A DNA stretch of 64,000 nt from Phoronis australis (lineage: Eukaryota; Animalia; Phoronida). The translations under genes and the position numbers were made by a program. The stretch spans positions 651,199 through 715,198 of the forward strand of contig NMRA01000066.1 of the NCBI GenBank assembly GCA_002633005.1, in the 5' to 3' direction. The notes beneath the pieces are model-generated. The model was not told the DNA's origin. It worked only from the letters and a program-made list of their open reading frames with translations, and did not search any database. Below are positions 36,501-48,010 of the stretch, in pieces. How positions within the stretch are numbered: the stretch's first letter is position 1; the number at the start of each line of letters is the position of its first letter.

Positions 36501-39500
36501 CATAAGACTTCTAGTTTTTATCGACTACCATTGCAATTCTCGACCTAAAAGGCAGCGTATTTTTTCTATTGCAAAAGGGAGCCTTATGAATCAGAGGCAA
36601 ACCTATCACTGCACTACTTAAGTTGACTTTTCGCCAGCAGATGTCAAAGCGAGCAAAAGTGGCAACAATGGCACGATATAGGGTAGAATGCACAAACCAA
36701 GAATTGTACCCATTTAAACGATTACAATTTACTCCGGCTTCAGAAACCTGCGCAAAATTCAGTTCCATGCACACGTCATTGCCTGCTGGCATGGCCGTTT
36801 CGCGGTCGACGGAGAGAGGTGGGTAAAAAGCATTCGCTGTCATCATGAATATCCGCCAGTAGTGCCGTCAGCTACAGGGCCTTGTACCGTCTGTCGAACC
36901 TGAGGTGCACACTTCGCTGGGATGCCACTGTATTGGGGCACGACGTGACAGCTTGCACCCAGTTTCACCTTGGGTGGTCTGCTTGCCCAGGACGACTTAT
37001 CACGTACTTGGCCACTACCGACCCGCTACTTTTATTCGTAAACCCTGCACTTTGCAGAAAACGCTCTTCTAGTGAAACCGACAACAAAAATTGACCGATA
37101 AATGGTGCATTTCTCGAGACTCCAAAAATTTCAACGACCCATTTCTGAAACCGGTAACAATCGCCGATAAACGCTGCGTGCTTTTCTTGGCACCTTTTAA
37201 GAAAATTTTAAGAAATTCACTGAGGCCAGCCCGGTTACGTGGCTGTGGACCACATAGCGAGTCGGCAACGTGGGAACTTGCCACACCGGCCACTTTCGCT
37301 AATTTTGTAGGATTTCGGGATGTATGCTTGCCGAGATAGCTTTTATGCCCAAGACCGACAGGCTGTATTTTGGGGGCCATTCAAGGCCCGCCGTTTGCAG
37401 AAGACTCACTTCTGAAACCGTGACAACGATAGGGCTTTTCTCGGGACCCATATCTAAAATCGACAACAATAGCCGATAAGCGGTGCATTTCTCGGAAATT
37501 AGCTTGCCACACCGGCCAGCTTGCGCTTACGTCAATTTTGGGTGTTTGCTTGCCGAGGTTGTCTCACTGCACACGACAGACCGGCAAGATTTGGGTAGCC
37601 ACCCCCTGCCTGCCTTTTGTACTACACCTTCTGAAACCGACAGCACAAGCCGATAAACGGTGCTTTTGAGTGTTATGACATGGCCATGGCTTGCGATCTG
37701 GCAAATCTACAAACAAGGTGCTTATGAGGTACACTTTTTCATTCTGTCGGGCGGCAAAAAAAGCAGTTTATAAGTGAAGCAACTTCTTAGCACTCTGTTG
37801 ACATACTGTAGCACACGTCCTAAATGTATACTTTATGTTTGTGATTTATAAATTGTTATCAAATGCCCTTCCCTTCCTTTCTATCGTTTTAAGGGTGTTT
37901 GTAAAGGAGTATTTGACATTGACAAACTTATAAGACATTTGAATGTTTGATTTCAAATAACGTGACTGTTAAACCGTGACACATCTTACGACCTTCGATA
38001 AATCAAGCAAGATGTCAAGCGAACTACTTTCTGATACTTGCCTTGCACCTACATGTAATCTTCCTGACTTTCACTGATCTTTTTGTGAATGCACTCCTGG
38101 GATACGTTCCGTAGAGACAGTTTTGTGCGAGAAAACGACATCACGCAAGTCTTCGCGAGATGTCGCCGTGTACTACAGGCGATCGTAAGGGAATTGTGTC
38201 AAAAATTAAATCGCGAGCTGTTTGTATTTAATTGGAGGTTATGCGAACATAAAGTGCCAAAAAAGACGCAAAGCAGCCGCTGAAGCAATGCAGCATAATG
38301 GTCTACGATTGAAATGTACATTCAGAGTGCAATCGTGATCTAGAAATTGGTGCACTTTCAAGAATGTCAGATTGCGCAATTTCTTATGTGACAATCTTGA
38401 TAACGAAAAAGTTTTCGACTCCTTGATTTCATTTCGCAGAGTGGTATCAAGAACAAAATGTTAAAGACAAAAATTGACGGGGTTATTTAATGATACTTCT
38501 ATGCATAATTGACCTATTGGTACGAGCTATGGTAATGTGGTTATAAAACAATAAAACTGGTGAAAAATATTATTGTTGAACAGTCGTGAATAGTATTACA
38601 CAGAAGCCTTAGCACACATTTACGCCAGAAGCAACATTTTAGTTTCTTGACAATTCACCAGATAGCTTACCTGCTTCAACCATTTTGCCATAAGTCAATT
38701 GTTTCATTTGAGGCTCGATTACGTTTCGTCCTCAGAATCCATCGTTTGGGGGAATCGGGGTGATGTGATATCCGTAACCGATGCGGAATTTGCATATCTC
38801 TCCCATGTCCTTCCCACAAAGACAAAAGCGTAGATTCATGTGCATCAAGTAATCAACAAACGGGCACACGCACGTTATCCGAGAATTAAGTACAAACTTC
38901 TCACCGAAAAAAATACTAGTTTCAAAAAGCGAGAGAACGTGCGGGACGCTTTCCATTTGCACAAGCAAAATGGCCCATAATGAAATAGATAGCGATGCGA
39001 GTTATGGAAGTTTATTTCTGTTTCATGAAAAAATACTTCTCCCGGAAGTGTGTAACGATTGCACATCGTGAAACATGACAACGTTCGAGAGGACCTCGCC
39101 AGAGGACGTCATTTAGGTGGCCCGTTCAACGTTACTGTTTGTTTGCAAACATCGTGTTGAGAACAACACCATTTACAATACGCTGCTCCATCCTTATTCT
39201 TCCTCAGTACAGTGGGCGTTTTGATGCCCTATCTTCTAGCGTTCACATAGTATGGTGCGTAAAGTCTATTATCCCCTTGGACGTATGAACATGGAGAGGT
39301 GATAAAACCGTGCTTCCATATATTGCTTCAAAATTGTCTAGACTATGAAAATAGTCCAATAATCCAAAATTGTAAATTCTTTCGGATGAAGGCTTTAATG
39401 ATGTCGTGCACGGGTGATTAGTCAACCGACGTACTTGCACACAATTTTAAATGCATTCTAAGATAATAAATCAACAAAACATGCATAGAAAGCGTGTATT

Positions 39501-40014
39501 TGTAATGTCTAGCAAATCAAATATGGCTGCTACTGTATAAACACGGCTCACTTCATTCAAAAACAAGTTTTTGCTAAAATCAACTGTAGTCAGGAAACTG
39601 GTCAAAGTTATACCTTACATAGATAAGACTCGAACTCTCGTCTAATTGAGAAGAACTGACATCTTAATGTTGCTTTAGGGCATTGCAAGTATGTTGCTTT
39701 GTCACATTTTGTGCATGATATTGAACTATAACGCATTACATCACTGAATTCTTTCCGAGACTAGGTATCTTTTGTCATTTGAGTGTGGAACAAGTCGAAA
39801 TCAGTTTTACACCTGTTCACGCTTTAAATAAAAAGTCATATTTTTCGACGGAAGGAGGTCTCATTGTATCTTTTTATGTTTCGTTAAGCAAGGTAAGTAC
39901 AATATGAATATCATTAGTCTTGCACATGATGGAATCTTCTGACGAATTTGCAAACAGAGATACTTATGTTTCGAGCCGGTCGGAGTGTCCATAAATGTCA
40001 TCAGTTGCTACTGG

Positions 40015-40211
40015 TCAATTTCCATGGTTGCCGCACTTACGGCAATGACATGTAGGGCAGCCGTTTTTGTCGTAGATCCTGCCGCATGGACATCTGTTTT
40101 TACACAGAGGGGGGCACGTTGGACACGGTTTGCACTTGCAGATGGGACAACCCTCATCCATGACGTTACCGCATGGACAGAATATCTTGCAGACGGGAGG
40201 ACATTGTTTGA
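40015..40211 (-). CDS. Copy 2 exon 4 (two antistasin-like modules)
   Basis: KQCPPVCKIFCPCGNVMDEGCPICKCKPCPTCPPLCKNRCPCGRIYDKNGCPTCHCRKCGNHGN*. Confidence 0.88.
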
Positions 40212-43200
40212 CTGGAACTTAAAGGAAAGAAAAATTGGAACAAGCTGAAGCTTATGGAACCAGGAGGCATCACTTCCTGATATCAACGTAAGTTGGCCTC
40301 AGCACGGTTGTTATTCAGATATCATTTCACTGGTAATGGTAATCTATCGTATAGCCATTTTAGTTACCGACAATCAGGCTCTAAATGACGTCATTTATGA
40401 TCAATCAAATGTCGACAATCTTCCCTTACCCAACGTACTCATAACGATATCACAACATTCATTGCTCTTGATTGGGATTTGTCAACGCCTGATCGTCACT
40501 CTGTCAGCAAACAAATCCCAATCACGTTTTATGCCCCTTGACGTCATTATTTACTAGACCCTGAAAGTTTCAATTTATATCGTCACTCGATTGCCAATAC
40601 CACCACGATGTGACAGAAATAGCAATTTTCTCTCGTGTGTGGTATTTGTAGGTACGGCTGTGTTGGGATACATCACAAGGCAGACAAGGGAATGTCCAGG
40701 AAATGGCTTTTGGCGTACACAAACATCTACTAAGTATTTCCGAAAGTTGACTCTTTATATAGTGGGTCAGAAAATATCCTACAACATAGCAAATTTTGGG
40801 ACAAATTGTATTTTGAAAATGTCAACTTCCATCCAAAAGACGCCCACTCAAAAGAAGAAGTTTGGATCAACGCATTTTAGATAGGTGTTAATGACTGTTA
40901 AGTAAACTACGCTCATAAATTCAGACTTTTTAAAGTTTTAAAAGCTCTTTCGTGCATTTTATATAATAGTTGGAACTTTTACTCTGGATTGTAAATTTTC
41001 GTGTGCGACGAAGAATCAAAGTTGGTTTAAAGATGATATCCTTCGTGCCAATTGCCGTTTCTTTATGCTTAAGAAGTTTGGTTGTCTTAAGTGGAAGATC
41101 ATTGTAACATCTTACATATATGCAGAGCATCAAACAATTTTTTTTCTAAAAAAGAGAAAGATCCTTTTCAACATCGGGTCTCTATTGCGGGGACACTTCC
41201 AAAATTATTTAGGTGAAGGAAGCAGGGAACAAGGGGTGAGCACCCCCTCAACCAAAATGTTGGAAGGCTGATACAAGTTTTCGACCCCAATTATTCCGGA
41301 TAGTAATGACTATAAATTAATTATTCAACGTTTGGAGACGCAAACTCTGTTTTAAAATAAAACTGAAAATAGAACACTCTCCCCCCACCATCGAATTCTT
41401 CCTACGCCTATGTAAAAAAAGCATCGATTGATGTAAAATTAAATGTGAAATTAATTTTTTCAAAAGACAGAAAGATCTGTTGACAATTTTTGCATTATGA
41501 ATAGTAAAAATTGGGGGAAATTCACTAAAATCTTTCACGCTTATTTTAGAAAAGATTTTCGGATTGAGATTAATGTTTTACTATACCGTAAGTGATTTTG
41601 ATTGTTATACTTCATTAATTAATGAAACTTCATCATTTCGGTAGAGTTTTCTAATGCTACTAAGTCTGCAAGTGATGATAACAACTTTTAGTCGTCTGAC
41701 TTTCTTACCCAAACACCACACAACTTGCACGCATGCTGCTGGAGAATCCCTTCTGAACACCGAAATATTTCCCAACAACCTTCACGCATATGAAAATTGC
41801 GACAATCCACAGAGCTGAATTCTTCGAGTTCTATGGTTTTTAATAACAAATGTTGATCATTTTAAATTGAGGTTGGTATATAATAGGGGCGCTTGCAAAC
41901 TGAAATAAATCAATTTGACTGCTGTAAACTTTCCTATCGTAGCAATAATTGAACTTAAATATTAGAAAGTGTTCCACTGTATATAAAATCCAACATGTTA
42001 GTTTTTATAAAAAAGCACTGCACGCGGCGATAAAGGGGAAGATTGGTCAAACTTACCACACATACATTCTCTTCTCTGGGCAAAGAACCAGATCGTCTGT
42101 CTACCGTGTGGTGTCCCACGTCTGCATCTGCCTTGGGCAAGAAAGCTGACGACGCGTGTCAGACATTTTCCCAGCGGACGGAAGTTACACACAGCACTGC
42201 AGAATGGTCAAAACATTACCTGGGACACGATGATATTATCTTGTCTATGTTAAGGTGCTGGTTAAAAACAATTTGAGTTGTCTAATACAGACCAACACCT
42301 TGCCTTGTGTAACTACAGAGTTTATTAGTTGAATGTGGGCAATACCACTCAGGTGGCTGGTATTTCAGAAAAAATTAAAATACCTCTCGACTTTTGGTTT
42401 TGTAGTTCAAATGCAAGATAAAAAGGGAAGAGCGAACTGCAGAGGAAGAGGGGAGGTAGGTAGGTGAGCGGGNAGAGGGGGAAAGGTGTCAGGGAGAGAG
42501 AAAGCAGAAAAATTCTTGTGAGTCGACCTCTACTACAATCTCTAAAAGTGATTTAAGTCACAATCAGATCCGCCCAGTATGATGCCATTAAATTAGTGAA
42601 TGCCTTTCCGGATAAAGTCAAAGATGCTAAAACCTTTGCTGCGTTTAATTGACTTTGAAGGCCCCACCTGTCATCACAGTTGTAAAAACCATACTTAAAA
42701 ATCCATTGCGACTGGGTTATTCATTTCTAATTCATAATTATTTTAGACGATTACTGATTAGACGGAGTTATTCATTTCTGATCTACAATCATTTTAGATG
42801 ACAATGTTAAAAACTAACATGAGTGGACCTACGTAAATGTAAACATAAGTTTAGTTAATTAAACCGTGTGATTATTTGTTCTATTAACATGATGTATCAT
42901 ACTCTAGTAAGTTGTAAAGATATGTTGTTGGGGCTACCCAACCCAGCCCGATCTACTTCTCACTAATGACATGCTTTATGGGTAAATAAACGTATTGAAA
43001 AAAAACATGGGTGCATTCGTGAGCCCTTTAAAATCACACGCAAGCCTTTTGTTTTTAAGCAAGGACGCGATTGAGGCGTAAAACGATGTGAGTGCACACC
43101 AGAACAGAGTATTCTATTTTGACCTTAACTCAGAATTTGTTTTTGCGTTTTATTTCCTCTGCTTGATCGTGAACAAGCAAACTTACATTTTATTTCTTTT

Positions 43201-45441
43201 CCCCTGTTTCTGAGCCACTCTGGTTGACCAACTTCAGGACCATGAGTTCAAAATAAATTTCGGGAACCGAAGGGTAACATTCATAACACTGCTGTGCCAC
43301 TCCTCGCGTACTGTAGGTCCATCAAATGTGTGTCATTTAATGTACCTAATGATAACTGTGGGTTGTCACATCGAGAGTCGGAATGTGAAAATGAATTTGC
43401 GACCAGCCTCGATACACACATATAATGACTTTTATTCATTTTGTATTACAAAAACGTATCTCAATAAGAATGACCATCCACTTACGTTTTCGGACGACAT
43501 ACTGTGTTTTTTACAGGCCTAGCGTAATACACCCCTCTGAAAGACCGGGAATAGTAGGTTCGCTTTTTACACGGGCGGGCAGGTTTATGCCAATTTGCAA
43601 ATTGTCGAGTCTCAAGATCATCTTGCGATTCTTTCTCCATGCTTGTATCTTTAGCTGTAAAGTTTTCAGCAAACATCTCCCCGGTGTTTCTTATGTCGAA
43701 GTCACCTAGTCCATCGTTAGCCTCATTCGTGACGTCATCCGCACGCGCGTGTATGTACAGGCATACCGCGATTACGGCGAAGAAATCCTGTAAATTCATC
43801 TATATCACTCTTAGTTGCTAATACTATGGTGTCATGTAATTCGACCTCGTTCCTATCAATTCATGGACGATTGAGCAAAACAGAGATCATTATCGTAATT
43901 CGAAATCCCATTACTGTCATGGAAAAATATATTTTGAAATTGCTGATACGCTTTTTCCAATCTGTTACTACGGATTGTCAATTTGTAATTACGTATTGCC
44001 ATTCTGTTATTACGGATTGCCAAAATGTTAATACGGATTGGTGATCTGTAATTACACATTGTCAATCTGTAACTACGGTTTGCCAATCTGTGATTACAGA
44101 TTACCAGTCTGTTAGTACGGATTTCCAATCTGAAAATACGGATTGCCAATCTGTTAATAAGGATTGGCAATCCGTAATAGCAGATTGGCAATCCGCATTA
44201 ACAGTTAAGCACTCTGTGTTAACAGATTAAATTTTTATTTTTCACGACTCTAATGGGCCTTCGTATAAATGAACTTGGTGGAACTGAAATCAACGGTGAA
44301 ATAAACAATGCCAGCAGATAGAAGGGCATACAAGCTGAGAGTGTGAATGTAAAAAAAAACGACAGAACAGAACCATCGTTCGGTAAACTGCCCATTCAGT
44401 AAATTTTTTCTGACTAAAATTCTTTAACCGAAATGGGTCATTTTCTACAAGCGAGTAGCCTTCGTATACTCTTCCATACTCTTTATGTTATTTCTGATTT
44501 TCCTGTGTAGAGTTGTAAAGCAAATTGCCAACAAAAGAAGTAAAAAAATTACCCTCAGGCACATGGTAAAATGAACGTGGTGGAAGTGAAATCAACGTTG
44601 ACACACACAATGTCAGAGAATGTGAATAAAAAAAACGGCAGGAAGTCCAGAGGTCTACATCTGTATCTGAACTTAACCATCGTGCAGTAAACTGCTAGTT
44701 CAGTACAATTTTTGAGACTAATTAATAGAGGTTTAAAAATCTGAAACCGAAATGGGTCATTTTCTACAAGCGAGAAGTCGTGTCGCTTGTTATCTCGTTC
44801 TATTTATTTTCCAGCCATGTTGGTGTAAAAATGATCGTGAATAAACCTGCCTTTCAAATGCATGGAAAACAGTCGGTAGAGAGAACAGACCGTGCGTTCA
44901 ACGTAACGCTGATCACAAGAATAAATACGAAGACATTCATTCATAAGACTGGTGAATTTCCATTAAAAACATTACATTTGACCACTGGTCGCTATCTTTA
45001 CCAACATGGGTTGTTCCTCATGGCAAGGTTACGAGACTTTATATTCTGATAGTAAATAAATACGATCCGTCTATCACCTGGTTTGATGTTATCTCTTGCG
45101 ATCTTATTCAGAGCACATTTGTCTATCAGATAATCATTTTATATGTTGTTGTTATGGTACGCATTCTTAATGGTACTGCCGCTTGGTTTAATACCAACAT
45201 GAGAGTCAATCCTAGGTATAAACATCCCGAGGTTATTATCAGCAAAAGAATTAATATAACGATTGTTAAATAGACGTTTTATACGAAATATGGCAAACTA
45301 TGCAAACCCCCGTTAAACAGAATGGGAAAAGGTGAGAGGCAATTGATAACAAATTAAAAACTGTAACCACAAACACAGAATATAGATTGCGCTCTATGTC
45401 AATACACTGGGAAAAGTTGCTTTACTTAAAAACTTTTTCAT
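40015..45441 (-). CDS. Copy 2: cystine-knot + 2x antistasin-like precursor, 216 aa; exon-1 donor mutated (possible pseudogene or alternative start at 43799)
   Basis: Exons 45441-45430 (MKKF, followed by TTAAGT instead of GTAAGT), 43787-43486, 42196-42057, 40211-40015; exons 2-4 intact with all Cys; in-frame ATG at 43799 gives MNLQ-DFFAVIAVCLYIHARA. An N at 42473 lies in intron 2. Confidence 0.75.
42057..42196 (-). CDS. Copy 2 exon 3 (cystine-knot core)
   Basis: AVCNFRPLGKCLTRVVSFLAQGRCRRGTPHGRQTIWFFAQRRECMC. Confidence 0.88.
43486..43799 (-). CDS. Copy 2 exon 2 (including the in-frame ATG extension)
   Basis: ATG AAT TTA CAG|GAT...; AC|GTAAGT donor at 43485. Confidence 0.85.
43898..44265. 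mobile_element. MITE with 21-bp internal repeats in copy 2 intron 1
   Basis: attcgaaatccca ... taatgggccttcgta; repeats ggattgccaatctgttaata. Confidence 0.65.
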
Positions 45442-45626
45442 CTTGACCGCACGGCAGAATGAGATAAAGTACAATACATGTACATATCCTTCACAAACAC
45501 CTTGTTTATACGGAAGGATATGCGAGGTCGCAAAGTCATGACCTTGTCAAAACCTCAGTTTAGTGCTTTGCGTCGTAGCACACCTCATTTTAAAAATTCG
45601 TAAATTGTATTTTGATGCTCCTTACA

Positions 45627-46545
45627 CATAGGCGGATTTAAGGGGGGGGGGCACGCCCCCCCTTGGCTGCCGCAAAACAATAAAACAGTAAGAGCGTTTC
45701 TTAATTAACCCCGGTAATTAAAATTATACGGATGAAAAAAGATTTAAATGTGTGCAGTTTTAGTGTTGGAGAGAGGTGGGGGGGGGGACTCAAATCCAAT
45801 TTCAAGTGTCAAATTCAGAACACAGCGAATTCGTAACGGAACTATGGCTAAGTATAGGCTCTCCCGCGATATCCCAGGCGACCGGCTGTGGCGCTGCACA
45901 CTACGACTCCGTTTCTATCGTCTGCTCCTCTATGCACTGAAGAAAATTTACTTCAATTTTTAAAGAAAATGGAATCTGAGTGACGATGAAAAAACAGAAG
46001 CTTCCGGTAAAATGTGAATTATAATCGAAGCCTTAGTGAATCACTCAGAAACTCGCAATACTCTCGTTGTCAAACCTTATCTTAAGCCGATTTCCAAAGC
46101 AATCCCGTCATCATTGCCAACACGAAAAATGGATTTGTTCTTTTGGGCATTTGAAGACTATTTCAAATACGACAAAAATATTAAGAATTGATCGCATAAA
46201 ATATAAAACGTGTAATAAGCATTACAAAAAGAAGTAGGTTTCGCGCGCAAACGCTGTGGACCGTATCCAAGTAGGTTTTTTAGTATGAGATTAGTAGTTA
46301 AGTCGTGGTGGTGAGTTCGAGTCTTTGGTACGTGCAGTTTTTCCTGTTTGACACGTTCTCCATTTTTTTCTTGGATAATACTTCAGGAGCAAAGGAAAAT
46401 GCTTGATTTTTAGAGGTAAAAACAGAAAAATTTCCTGACCTCCCCCCATTCGGTGCTATGCGCATCTACAATCGTTCACTTTGCGCAAATGCTTGTAGCC
46501 GGACAAAATGTTGCCCCCCCTTGTGAAATCCTAGATCCGCCACTA
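45627..46545. mobile_element. 919-bp non-autonomous DNA transposon with 5-bp TSD in the copy 2 proximal promoter
   Basis: Termini CATAGGCGGAT ... ATCCGCCACTA; TTACA duplicated at 45622-45626 and 46546-46550; empty site tccttacataccgg in copies 1 (~33171) and 3 (~61430). Related end at ~3624. Confidence 0.85.
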
Positions 46546-47439
46546 TTACATACTGGAAGGAAAAGATAATTCATTTCGAGAAAATTCAAGTACTCATAAT
46601 AAATGAACCAGCCTAGATTCCCTGGCTAGGATTGTGTTACCCCCTTCTAAAAAGGCTGCAGACCCTCGCGGCCAGCTAAAGTTGCTATGCGTCATTAAAA
46701 CGCTGAATATTCAAATTTGTAGCAAGTGTCACCTACTGACTTCCTGGTGAACTGTGTGTGCAAGTACAATCAGGAAATAAGGCAGTTTTGATGCATTTAA
46801 TATATAAAATAAACGAATAATAAAAACTGTGCCTCGTTTTATTAGGGTAACGACAATGCTGGGGGGTTGGGGGAGGGGGTACCCAGGGATTACCGTATCG
46901 TCCTCAGAAATTTTCACTGCCAGAGACTCAAAATGGTATGATGCTGAATGTTGTCCAACGTGACGACAAACTGAAATTATACAAGGAATGCTTTAGTTGT
47001 GGTCACCGTAAGGAGTGTTGGCCGAGTAGTTAGACTTCAATTGTCTGTGGCCTTCAACTTCTGTACACACTAAGATCTTGTAGGGACTTGACAATAGAGA
47101 CATTTTAAAGGTATCTTTTTGGATGCAGAGTGCCACAGGAAAATTAGGATACCTACCCATTTACAGAGTAATTCCATGTGAAAAATCATGACACCGCATT
47201 GTTCCAGAAAATCACAAAAGGCAAAATTTCATAGAATGTTTTTATTATTTGTTTATTTCACTACCAAATGAAAATTACATCATATTTGGAATTACTGGGA
47301 TTTTTTACACTTAAACAAGTTCTTGTTTAAGTGTATCAGTTGCAGTTTTCTGTTTAAAACCGCATTACAAATTGATTCTTTCCCTGATTATATTTGTACT
47401 CACAGTTCTCCAGTAAGTCACTAGGTTAAAAACCAGACG

Positions 47440-48010
47440 ATCGCCCCACAAACAAAAAAGTTCATGTTCAATTCAACGTTTCGTCTTTCCATTAGACATC
47501 ATCAGGATCATATTTACAACAATTTAGGACAACAAGTGCCAACATACAGCTCAGGTAACATCCATAGAGTGAAGTGAGAGATACATACATGTAGAATATA
47601 GTCAGTAGCTGGTTATCACCATAGTTGCAGGATCATTGAGCTCTGCATGTTATTCAGAGAATCAGTGGCATGCCGGTTCTGAATGCCCAATGACTCTTTA
47701 ATGTACAGAAACTCCTTATTAGATTCTCTGCAGATAATAATAACAGAATTGGCTTGGTGATTGTAGGTAATACAATGCCTATATATGTTAATTTTCTCTG
47801 AGTTGTGATGTTCTTTCAACCTGTTACAGAGGCGTCGCTGTGTGAATCCTATATAGAATTGCTTACAGTTGTCACATTCAACCTTATACACAACATTGCT
47901 CTTTTTCAATAAAGGGATGGGTGACTTCAGTTTACACAACATATTGGAAAGTTTCCGAAGGGGTTTGAAAACAACTATCAGTTCAACTGCTGGGTCCACA
48001 GGCGTCCTCA
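47440..48010 (-). mobile_element. 3' fragment of a Penelope-like retroelement (GIY-YIG endonuclease)
   Basis: ORF 47616-47999: VVYKVECDNCKQFYIGFTQRRLCNRLKEH ... YIKESLGI ... SLN, a GIY-YIG with CCHH-type zinc ligands. Confidence 0.85.
47473..47507 (-). ncRNA. Minimal hammerhead-ribozyme-like motif in the Penelope 3' region
   Basis: Minus strand CUGAUGA-U-GUCU-AAUGGAA-AGAC-GAAA-CGUU: core boxes, 4-bp stem II, palindromic AACGUU stem III; stem I weak. Confidence 0.5.
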
